From Corynebacterium amycolatum (GTDB lineage Bacteria; Actinomycetota; Actinomycetes; Mycobacteriales; Mycobacteriaceae), in assembly GCF_049243625.1 (NCBI RefSeq), contig NZ_CP046975.1: 32,000 bases of DNA; one strand, 5' to 3'. The first letter of the stretch is position 1, and every line of letters begins with the position of its first letter. Under the pieces are notes generated by a model, which was given only the letters and a program-made list of their open reading frames with translations, was not told the origin of the DNA and made no database searches. Positions 7,463 to 14,878 of the stretch are shown here, piece after piece. The position numbers and the translations under genes are program-made.

Positions 7463-7475
7463 AAAATTTTGCAAA
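7463..7475. promoter_or_regulatory. RamB-like operator candidate upstream of the acyl-CoA synthetase gene
   Basis: AAAATTTTGCAAA matches 12 of 13 positions of the Corynebacterium glutamicum RamB box A(A/G)AACTTTGCAAA, recalled from the literature. It lies in the AT-rich intergenic region about 135 nt upstream of the start at 7610. Confidence 0.25.
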
Positions 7476-7609
7476 AAGGCGCACAAAAGTGACCTAGGAC
7501 ACTTATTCTTACTGTAAAAGAAACTAAATCGGCAGTCCTACCGATGAGGTTTCGCCTGATTAGGCCTCTCCGAAGACCACAGGACATGAACCACGGAAGA
7601 TGAGTGACT

Positions 7610-9328
7610 ATGACATCTAATCCACAGACCTCGATTCTCAATAAGGTGCGCAAAGCTTCGCGAGCTACCTCGGACCTCGTTCTCGGACTCGCACCGGTGA
7701 CTCAGGCTGGCGTCCTCGGCTCGATGGGGCCCGGCGCGGCTGGTAAGGCATTAAGTTCCATCTACCGCTGGGACTTCCTGCCAGCTGGTCTCCTCGGCAT
7801 TGCAGCCGGCCGCGATCCGCACCACACTGCGATTATTGATGATGGCGGCTCGCTGACCTACGAGGAGCTGCACGAGCGCTCCACTGCCCTGGCGCGAGCA
7901 CTCCGTCACGGCGATATTCAGCAGCGCGACCGCATCGGTGTGCTGGCTCGCAACCACCGCGGTTTCATTATGGCTCTGTGTGCCCACGGTCGTCTCGGCA
8001 CCGACCTGGTGCTGCTCAATACCGGCGCCTCCGCCGAGCAGACTCTGGCCGTAATTCGTGAACAGAAGATTGACTTCCTGTTCATTGATGAGGAATTCAC
8101 TCACATGCTGCCGGAGGACTTCGATGAGTGCCCGGTCGCCGTGTCGTGGTTTGAAAACTACGGTGACACCTCCTGCGTTCGCGAGGGCTGGACCTCCATG
8201 CAGGAGATGCTGAAGACAGCACCGCCGGCAAAGTGGCCGACCGCCGAGCTGCCAACCCGCCCGCGCCGTGGCCGCGTTATTATTCTGACTTCCGGAACCA
8301 CCGGCACTCCAAAGGGTGCCAAGCGTCCGGAGCCGCGCAGCTGGATGCCGGCATCTTCCATCATGAGCCGAATTCCTCTGCGTCAGCGTCGCCCGGCTTA
8401 CCTTGCGGCTCCGCTGTTCCACACCTGGGGATTCGCGACTGCGCAGCTGTGCATCGCACTGCGTTCCACCATGATTATGCGCCGCAAGTTCGATCCAGCC
8501 GACAGCCTGCGCATTATCGAGCAGCACTCTCCGCACACCATCTTCCTGGTGCCGACCATGCTGCAGCGCATGATTGAGATTCTCCCGGACAACTACGACA
8601 TCGGCGCGACATCGCTAAAGGTCATCGCATCCTGCGGTTCGGCTATTCCAGAGGGAATTGTCACCAAGACCCTCGAGCGCTTCGGGCCGGTTCTCTACAA
8701 CCAGTACGGTTCCACGGAGGTCAGCTGGGCAACCATTGCTAACCCGGATGAGCTCAAGGCAAACCCAACCACAGCTGGTCGCGCACCGCTGGGCACTCGT
8801 GTCCAGATTCTCGACGAAGACGGCAACCGCGTCGCCGACGGCGAGACCGGTCGAATCTTCGTCGGCAACAACATGTTGTACGAGGGCTACACCCGCCCGG
8901 GCGCGGACAAGCAGGTCATTGACGGCATGGTCTGTACCGGTGACCTGGGTCGCATGGAAAACGGCTTGCTCTACATCTCCGGTCGCGAGGACGACATGAT
9001 TGTCTCCGGTGGCGAGAACGTCTTCCCACGCCAGACCGAAGATGCACTCAGCCAGCTCGAGGGTATCCGCGAGTGCGCAGTCGCAGGTGTCCCGGATGAG
9101 CGCTTCGGTCAGGCCCTGGTCGCCTGGGTTGTCCGCGACGACTCCCCTGAGGGCCGCGCCCTGACCAATGAGCAGATTCGCACATACGTCAAGCAGCGCC
9201 TCAGCCGATTCGCCGTTCCGCGCGAGACCGTGTTCCTCGATGAACTGCCACGCAACGCAGTCGGCAAGGTGGTTCCTCGCCACCTGCCGAAGCCGTGGGA
9301 GAATGTCACCGAGGAGAAGGTGGCTTAG
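7610..9328 (+). CDS. Acyl-CoA synthetase / AMP-dependent synthetase-ligase (FadD-like)
   Basis: AMP-binding motifs are present: ILTSGTTGTPKG, QYGSTE, TGDLG and a C-terminal GK. The ATG at 7610 has GGAAGA 9 nt upstream. The ORF-track GTG at 7604 sits too close to that SD. Confidence 0.92.
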   Translation: MTSNPQTSILNKVRKASRATSDLVLGLAPVTQAGVLGSMGPGAAGKALSSIYRWDFLPAGLLGIAAGRDPHHTAIIDDGGSLTYEELHERSTALARALRHGDIQQRDRIGVLARNHRGFIMALCAHGRLGTDLVLLNTGASAEQTLAVIREQKIDFLFIDEEFTHMLPEDFDECPVAVSWFENYGDTSCVREGWTSMQEMLKTAPPAKWPTAELPTRPRRGRVIILTSGTTGTPKGAKRPEPRSWMPASSIMSRIPLRQRRPAYLAAPLFHTWGFATAQLCIALRSTMIMRRKFDPADSLRIIEQHSPHTIFLVPTMLQRMIEILPDNYDIGATSLKVIASCGSAIPEGIVTKTLERFGPVLYNQYGSTEVSWATIANPDELKANPTTAGRAPLGTRVQILDEDGNRVADGETGRIFVGNNMLYEGYTRPGADKQVIDGMVCTGDLGRMENGLLYISGREDDMIVSGGENVFPRQTEDALSQLEGIRECAVAGVPDERFGQALVAWVVRDDSPEGRALTNEQIRTYVKQRLSRFAVPRETVFLDELPRNAVGKVVPRHLPKPWENVTEEKVA

Positions 9329-9364
9329 GGCGCAGGGACCGTCGTAAAGCGAACGGCAGACACG

Positions 9365-9413
9365 AAAAGGACGCGGTAAAAACTTCCGTTATGGAATTTA
9401 CCGCGTCCTTTTT
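9365..9413. terminator. Bidirectional rho-independent terminator
   Basis: aaaaggacgcggtaaa (9365-9380) pairs with tttaccgcgtcctttt (9397-9412). An A-run flanks one side and a T-run the other. It lies between the convergent genes ending at 9328 and 9441. Confidence 0.75.
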
Positions 9414-9440
9414 GCGTGTCCTAGGAAGAACTAGAGCTGA

Positions 9441-10268
9441 TTAGCCAGCGTTCAAAACACCGTAGTCCGTGACGGGCTCACGGAAAATCTCTTCGCCGTC
9501 CTGGGTCACGGTTACCGCATTCGGAGTGACGGTATACGTGTAGCCACCATTTTTCGCGACAGCACGGTTCCCGGAGAAACTATCTACTGTGTACGCATCC
9601 GGGGTATCCGAAATCTCACCGAAGTCACCAATGTAATGGCGCTGCTGGCGGTTATTGGAGTTCTCACAAATCACGGCCTTACCCGAAGAAGTCTCCGCCA
9701 ACACACGCGCGTAATACCCACCCGAGCAGCGAGCGGTACTGCCAACCCAACCTTTGGCATCGATATCATCGCGATTCATACCGAACGCGCGAAGACCAAA
9801 ATTTCCCCGCTGCGTAGTGGTAGGAGCGCTGCTCTCCGGCTGCTTCGTCGTTTCCGGCTCGACGGTCTGGGTATAGGTTTCCGTGTACGTCTCCACCGGC
9901 GCCGGGGACGCAGTGCTTGACGACGAGTCCCCTGCCGCAACCGTATCGGGAGACTGCGGGGAATTATCGGAGGAATTATTCAGGTAGTACGCGCCACCGA
10001 TACCGGCGACCGCTGCAAGTGCGACACCGACGATGCCCAAAACCACGTACAGACCGTTGTTGCTCTTCTGCTCAGGTACCGGAGCCTGCTGATAAGCCGG
10101 ATACTGCTGGGGTGAACCTCCCTGGTTCGGCCCCTGCGACTGGTACTGGTACTGAGGCTGGTACTCGTCTTGAGCCCCACCCTGCGGCTGCTCCCAGGCA
10201 GATGTTGCATAACCGTCCTGCTCCCAATCCTGCGGGGAGGACGAACGCGGGTTGTACTGGTCGGTCAT
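9441..10268 (-). CDS. Q/P/Y-rich single-pass membrane protein with C-terminal extracytoplasmic domain (hypothetical)
   Basis: The ATG at 10268 has AAGGAA 8 nt upstream and is preferred over the TTG at 10313; this gives 275 aa. The protein has a low-complexity QPQYQYQSQGPNQGG N-terminus, a TM helix (LYVVLGIVGVALAAVAGIGGAYY), an S/T/P linker and a ~120-aa domain with two Cys. Confidence 0.75.
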   Translation of the reverse strand: MTDQYNPRSSSPQDWEQDGYATSAWEQPQGGAQDEYQPQYQYQSQGPNQGGSPQQYPAYQQAPVPEQKSNNGLYVVLGIVGVALAAVAGIGGAYYLNNSSDNSPQSPDTVAAGDSSSSTASPAPVETYTETYTQTVEPETTKQPESSAPTTTQRGNFGLRAFGMNRDDIDAKGWVGSTARCSGGYYARVLAETSSGKAVICENSNNRQQRHYIGDFGEISDTPDAYTVDSFSGNRAVAKNGGYTYTVTPNAVTVTQDGEEIFREPVTDYGVLNAG

Positions 10269-10417
10269 CGCTAAATTCCTTATTACTTCAGAGCCACACT
10301 TGTGCTCGGCCAATAACGTGGTGGCTTGCGACTTCGCCCACAGCGGAACTTGCCACTACGTATTTTCCATTAACACTATGCGTTGCCCAGCGTACCCTGC
10401 TAGAAGCTAGCACTAGC

Positions 10418-11875
10418 TCAGAGTGGCACTTTGTTCTTGAAGAAATTGACGTAGTTCCGATCGGAGATCTTTCCCAGCATAAACTCTGGCTCCAACCCGA
10501 ACATCGACCAACGAGTCTTCGTTGACCAGGCCAGCGACTGCGGTGTTGTGGTGCGGTGGTAGCTGATCTGGTAACCGTCAGTGTGCACTCGAATCTGCGT
10601 GTATCCACCCGGATAGCCAAGTGCAGCACCCCGCTCACAGAAGTCCGTATCCCCATAGTCAGCAATACCACGACGGCTACGGTGCGTATGACCAGCGAAC
10701 ACACCTTTGGCGCCCGGCGTGGCAGCCAGGATCTCCTGGAAAATCTTGGCCTGTTGAGCCTCGACCATGAATGCCTCACCACCGAAATGCGAACGCACCG
10801 CATCCTGAGTAAACGGGTGGTGCGCAAACAAAATTGTCGGACGCTCTGGATCCTCTGCAAGTTCAGCACGCAATGCACGCATCTGGCGCTCATTAATACG
10901 CCCACCTGCATAACCAAACTCGGCGGTATCAACACCGATGAGACGCACTTCGCCGACGCGAGTCGACCAGTGCTGCTGCGTCGGCACAAGACGCTGGCTG
11001 AAGTAATCCGGAACCGCGGTCTTGCCCTTGCGGATTCCGCGTCCCCGGAAACCATTGATATTGGGCAGTCCGGGCGGGTGCACATCGTGATTACCACGGG
11101 TGACAAACCAGTTTTTCCCAAACTCACCGAAAGTATCCAAAACCCTGATGAGCTCGTCATACTCCTCAGGGCGGTTGCTATCCGTGCAATCGCCATTGAC
11201 GACGAGAGTGTCTAACCCGGCAGCCTTTACCGTGTCCACCAGTCCCTGCAATTGCATAGAGGCGAAAGGCTGCTCTCCTGGATCAGAGGAAAGACCGAGG
11301 TTGCCAATGCGAATGCCGTCGTGATTGGGCTTACCAATGTGTGTGTCATTCGTCAGCGCGAACGTCGCCAAATGTGCACCCGCCAACGCTGGCAGAGTAC
11401 TTACGACGCCTGTCTTCTCCGGCGCCGTCTTGCTTATGGTGATATTCAGCGATGGGACCGCGCGGCAGTTGTGGGACCAGCACTCAAAGCGGTACTCCCG
11501 TCCCGGCTCCAACCCGTCAATGACCACATGGTGGTAGCCCGACTCTGAGTACCCCTCGTGCACGAGCTCTAGCTGCGTTGAATCCGCTGGAGCAAGCAGC
11601 ACCCGCTCATCCGAAGGAACGGTCGGTTTAATAAAGCCATACGCTGTCTGCACTCCCGGAGCATATGTTGCCCATGTAAATGCCACTGACGTATCTGTAA
11701 CAGTAATGACCTCCAAGTCGCTAGCCAGTACCTGCCACGACTTGGAATCCGACTGGGTAAGCCCCAGCCCCGACGTGACGTACTCCAGGCCGTACGCTCC
11801 CGAGGTTTTCGCGACGGCCATTGAACTTGCAGCAAGAGTTGCAACAGAGAGGTAGGCCCGGCGGGAAATGCTCAT
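10418..11875 (-). CDS. Tat-signal metallophosphoesterase (purple-acid-phosphatase-like), paralog A
   Basis: Twin-arginine motif SRRAYLS followed by a hydrophobic region. All calcineurin-fold motifs are present: NDTH, NGDCTD, RGNHD, AHHP and GHTHRS. There is an N-terminal beta-sandwich-like segment VTDTSVAFTWATY. I prefer the ATG at 11875 to the TTG at 11881. Confidence 0.88.
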   Translation of the reverse strand: MSISRRAYLSVATLAASSMAVAKTSGAYGLEYVTSGLGLTQSDSKSWQVLASDLEVITVTDTSVAFTWATYAPGVQTAYGFIKPTVPSDERVLLAPADSTQLELVHEGYSESGYHHVVIDGLEPGREYRFECWSHNCRAVPSLNITISKTAPEKTGVVSTLPALAGAHLATFALTNDTHIGKPNHDGIRIGNLGLSSDPGEQPFASMQLQGLVDTVKAAGLDTLVVNGDCTDSNRPEEYDELIRVLDTFGEFGKNWFVTRGNHDVHPPGLPNINGFRGRGIRKGKTAVPDYFSQRLVPTQQHWSTRVGEVRLIGVDTAEFGYAGGRINERQMRALRAELAEDPERPTILFAHHPFTQDAVRSHFGGEAFMVEAQQAKIFQEILAATPGAKGVFAGHTHRSRRGIADYGDTDFCERGAALGYPGGYTQIRVHTDGYQISYHRTTTPQSLAWSTKTRWSMFGLEPEFMLGKISDRNYVNFFKNKVPL

Positions 11876-11983
11876 GGCCAATAAGCCTAGAACCTAAAGA
11901 TGAAAAATAGATGAACTCTTCCTCTAATCTCAGAAAAATAGGAGCACAACAACAAAAGACACACGACTACAACAGCGCAAAAT

Positions 11984-12022
11984 AAAACACCGCCCTACCA
12001 GGTCATGGAAGGACGGTGTTTT
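11984..12022 (-). terminator. Rho-independent terminator after the acyl-CoA dehydrogenase pair
   Basis: aaaacaccg (11984-11992) pairs with cggtgtttt (12014-12022), plus two further G-C pairs. On the minus-strand transcript the hairpin is followed by UUUUAUUUUG. It lies 74 nt downstream of the stop at 12096. Confidence 0.6.
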
Positions 12023-12095
12023 AAGAAATGGGGCTTGAGCATCTCAAGTGAACTTTTACCGGCTCACCAGTATGTAGATTGCTCTGAAGCTGTAA

Positions 12096-13307
12096 TTACT
12101 TCAGTTCCTTGGAGGACAGCCCCAGGGTGCGGCGAGCAACAACCAGCTGCTGAATCTGCTGGGTTCCCTCGAAGATATCCAGGATCTTGACGTCGCGGGA
12201 CCACTTCTCCAGCAGGTTACGCTCGGAGTAACCGAAGGTGCCTGCCAGCTGAACGGCACGCAAGCAGATCTCAGTGCCTGCGCGGCCGGCCTTGGCCTTA
12301 CACTCAGAAGCCTCCAGGGTGTTCGGCTGCTTGTTGTCAGCCATCCACGCAGCGCGCAGAGCCAGGAGGTACGCAGCCTCCCAATCGGACTCCAGCTTCA
12401 GGTACTCAGCTGCAGCAGCGCTCTGGGTGTGTGCCGGTGCATCGTAGTCAATCTCGATGCCAGCCTCTTCCAGAATGCGACGCAGCTCTTCCAGCGAAGC
12501 ACGGGAGACACCGATGGCCATACCGGCAACCAGCGGACGAGTGTTGTCGAAGGTCGCCATTGCGCCGGCGAAGGACTTCTTAACGTCAATGTCCGGGGAA
12601 CCCAGCAGATTCTCCTTCGGGACGCGGACGTTGTCCAGGCGGAGCACTGCAGTATCCGAGGAACGAATACCCAGCTTCTCTTCCAGGCGCTCCACGGTGA
12701 AGCCCGGGGTGCCCTTCTTCACCAGGAAGGACTTGATGGCAGCGCGGCCCTTGGACTTGTCCAGGGTCGCCCACACAACGACGGAATCGGAACGCTCACC
12801 AGCAGTAACGAAGATCTTCTCACCGTTGATGACGTACTCGTCACCATCGAGCTTGGCAGTGGTGGAAACAGCGGAGGAGTCAGAACCGAAGGACGGCTCG
12901 GTAATTGCCATGGAAGCCCAGGTCTTACCGAAAGCCTCCAGCTGCTCATCAGTAGCAACAGCTGCGATAGCTGCGTTACCCAGACCCTGGTACGGCAGGG
13001 ACAGGGTCAGACCCACGTCACCCCAGCAAGTCTCAATAACGTTGAGCAGCGAAGCCATGTTGCCACCGTTTTTCACACCGGTACGCTTCTTTTTCTTGTC
13101 ATCGCCACGTCCACCGGAAGCACCGGAGAAGCCACGGCCACCATCTGCCATGCCGTCCATCATGGAGGCAAGGGTGTCGAGTTCCTTCGGGTACTCGTGC
13201 TCAGCGAGATCGTACTTACGGGAAATCGGTCGGAAGATCTCAGCGGCGGCCTGATGCGACTGGGACGCGCCCGCCTTGAGGAACTTCGGCAGTTCGAGGT
13301 TAATCAT
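12096..13307 (-). CDS. Acyl-CoA dehydrogenase family protein (retains the catalytic-Glu FEGT motif)
   Basis: 403 aa. The ATG has AAGAGGAAAG upstream. ACAD-like throughout, with a C-terminal ILDIFEGTQQIQQLVVAR matching the MCAD-type YEGT catalytic-base context. A Gly/Lys-rich insertion (GGRGFSGASGGRGDDKKKKRTG) sits near the N-terminus. Confidence 0.93.
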   Translation of the reverse strand: MINLELPKFLKAGASQSHQAAAEIFRPISRKYDLAEHEYPKELDTLASMMDGMADGGRGFSGASGGRGDDKKKKRTGVKNGGNMASLLNVIETCWGDVGLTLSLPYQGLGNAAIAAVATDEQLEAFGKTWASMAITEPSFGSDSSAVSTTAKLDGDEYVINGEKIFVTAGERSDSVVVWATLDKSKGRAAIKSFLVKKGTPGFTVERLEEKLGIRSSDTAVLRLDNVRVPKENLLGSPDIDVKKSFAGAMATFDNTRPLVAGMAIGVSRASLEELRRILEEAGIEIDYDAPAHTQSAAAAEYLKLESDWEAAYLLALRAAWMADNKQPNTLEASECKAKAGRAGTEICLRAVQLAGTFGYSERNLLEKWSRDVKILDIFEGTQQIQQLVVARRTLGLSSKELK

Positions 13308-13349
13308 TTTCTTTCCTCTTAATTCTTTTCGGCTGAAGTATCTAGCGGT

Positions 13350-14756
13350 TTACAGAACGACGATGCCTTCGGCGACACCAATTGCGCGGAGGTCACGGTA
13401 CCAACGCTCAACCGGGTGCTCCTTGGTGAAGCCGTGTCCACCGAGCAGCTGCACACCGTCGGAACCAATCTTCATACCCTTTTCCGTGGCGAAGGTCTTA
13501 GCCAGAGCTGCCTCGCGAGCGAAGCCGCGGCCCTGGTCAGCGCGGGAAGCACCGCGGAGGGTGATCATACGGAGACCATCGAGCTCAATCTTGATATCGG
13601 CGACCATGAAGGCCACTGCCTGGCGGTGGGAAATCGGCTCGCCGAATGCCTGACGCTCGTTGACGTAAGGAATGACGTAGTCGAGAACTGCCTGAGAAGT
13701 ACCCATTGCAAGCGCAGCCCAGCCGAGGCGGGAACGACGCAGAATGTCGAGGTATGCCTCTTCACGATCCTCAGCAGAGGTGCTAGCACCGCCGAGAATG
13801 TTCTCAGCCGGAACCTTGACATCCTTCAGGATGACACGGCCCATTGCGGCACCGCGCAGACCCATGGACGGGTCAGCCTCAACGTGGAGGCCCTCAGTGT
13901 CGGACTCAACGATAACCAGAGCTGGCTTACCCTCGAGCTCAACACCGATGATGAACAGCTCAGCTGCGCCGGCGTTCGGAACGAAGGACTTAACACCGTT
14001 GAGTACCAGCGAATCGCCCTCGCGCTTCGCGGTGGTTTCAGGCTTGCGCGCGTCGAAAAGCGGACGCGGCTCTGCGAGAACAACAGCGGCAGCCGGGACG
14101 TTCTCGCCAGCGAATGCCGGCAGGTAGGTCTTCTGCTGCGAGTCGGAGCCGTGAGCGGTCAGGGTGGCAGCGACACCGGCCGGAGCCAGCACAGCCAGAG
14201 CCAGACCCATGTCTCCGTAAGACAGAGCCTCTGCGACCAGCGCGTTGGTGGTGACGTCCTCACCTGTAGCGATGCCCTCGAAAGCCTCCGGAACGTTGAT
14301 CATGGTGACGCCCAGCTCAGAAGCCTCAGAGACGAGGTTCTCCGGCGGAGTTGCCTCGTGGTCGGACTTGTAAGCAGCCTCGCGCAGACGAGACTCAGCG
14401 AACTCCTTCACCGTCTCGACGATCATCTGCTGATCCTCGGTCGGGGTGAGGTCGAAGAGCTTCTTTGCCTTCTCCTCGGCTGCGGCCTCCTGTGCAGCCT
14501 GGGCTTCCTCAGCCGGACGCTCCGGCTTACCGGAACCGGAAATCTTCTTAAACTGACGATTCGCGGCACCAAGGGTCTTAAAACCGGACTTGGTGGACTG
14601 GTACACCACGCGGTCGATCTTTGGCTGAAGGTCGTACTTCTGGGCGAAGTCCGAACCAGTAATCGACGTGATGAACCGCATTGCCGCTCCGATAGCGTCG
14701 CGACCAGGGTTATTGCGGCCGACAGTCGAATCTTCGCGGTTCTTCTTCTCGCTCAT
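13350..14756 (-). CDS. Acyl-CoA dehydrogenase family protein with N-terminal extension
   Basis: 468 aa. The ATG at 14756 has GAAAGG 12 nt upstream. An ACAD-like core follows a ~90-aa charged, Ala-rich extension. The protein ends at VAEGIVVL, immediately after the position of the catalytic-base motif. Confidence 0.9.
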   Translation of the reverse strand: MSEKKNREDSTVGRNNPGRDAIGAAMRFITSITGSDFAQKYDLQPKIDRVVYQSTKSGFKTLGAANRQFKKISGSGKPERPAEEAQAAQEAAAEEKAKKLFDLTPTEDQQMIVETVKEFAESRLREAAYKSDHEATPPENLVSEASELGVTMINVPEAFEGIATGEDVTTNALVAEALSYGDMGLALAVLAPAGVAATLTAHGSDSQQKTYLPAFAGENVPAAAVVLAEPRPLFDARKPETTAKREGDSLVLNGVKSFVPNAGAAELFIIGVELEGKPALVIVESDTEGLHVEADPSMGLRGAAMGRVILKDVKVPAENILGGASTSAEDREEAYLDILRRSRLGWAALAMGTSQAVLDYVIPYVNERQAFGEPISHRQAVAFMVADIKIELDGLRMITLRGASRADQGRGFAREAALAKTFATEKGMKIGSDGVQLLGGHGFTKEHPVERWYRDLRAIGVAEGIVVL

Positions 14757-14795
14757 GTGATCATGGCCTTTCGAGTCAGAACTATTACTGGCATA

Positions 14796-14824
14796 ACAAT
14801 AAATGAATCACGTGACCGTTGTCA
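14796..14824 (-). promoter_or_regulatory. Candidate sigma-A-type promoter for the ACAD operon with palindrome in the spacer
   Basis: On the minus strand it reads TGACAA (14824-14819), a 17-nt spacer, then TATTGT (14801-14796). The spacer contains the perfect palindrome TCACGTGA (14808-15), which overlaps GTGACcgttGTCAC (14812-25). Confidence 0.3.
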
Positions 14825-14878
14825 CAGGAATTGAAAAAACATTGCCAAGTAACAGAAAACTTTCAGGTTTCTAACTTG

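Noticed and set aside
10399-10417. Cluster of three CTAG tetranucleotides (gctagaagctagcactagc) at the end of the metallophosphoesterase A gene
   Set aside because: The stems are only 5 bp with tiny loops and it lies partly in coding sequence. It is a curiosity with no supportable function.
10288-11196. 302-aa minus-strand ORF in another frame of the metallophosphoesterase locus
   Set aside because: It overlaps a frame that carries all the metallophosphoesterase motifs. Its own translation is Arg/Ser-rich nonsense and it runs across the intergenic region.
12429-13322. 297-aa and 265-aa plus-strand ORFs (12429-13322 and 12457-13254)
   Set aside because: Both are antisense shadow frames of the 403-aa acyl-CoA dehydrogenase gene.
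13416-14834. 472-aa plus-strand ORF
   Set aside because: It is antisense to the 468-aa acyl-CoA dehydrogenase gene, whose family similarity is obvious. The translation has no recognisable features.
14856-14868. Second RamB-like sequence AAAACTTTCAGGT
   Set aside because: Only the first 8 of 13 positions match the recalled consensus, which is not distinguishable from chance in AT-rich intergenic DNA.
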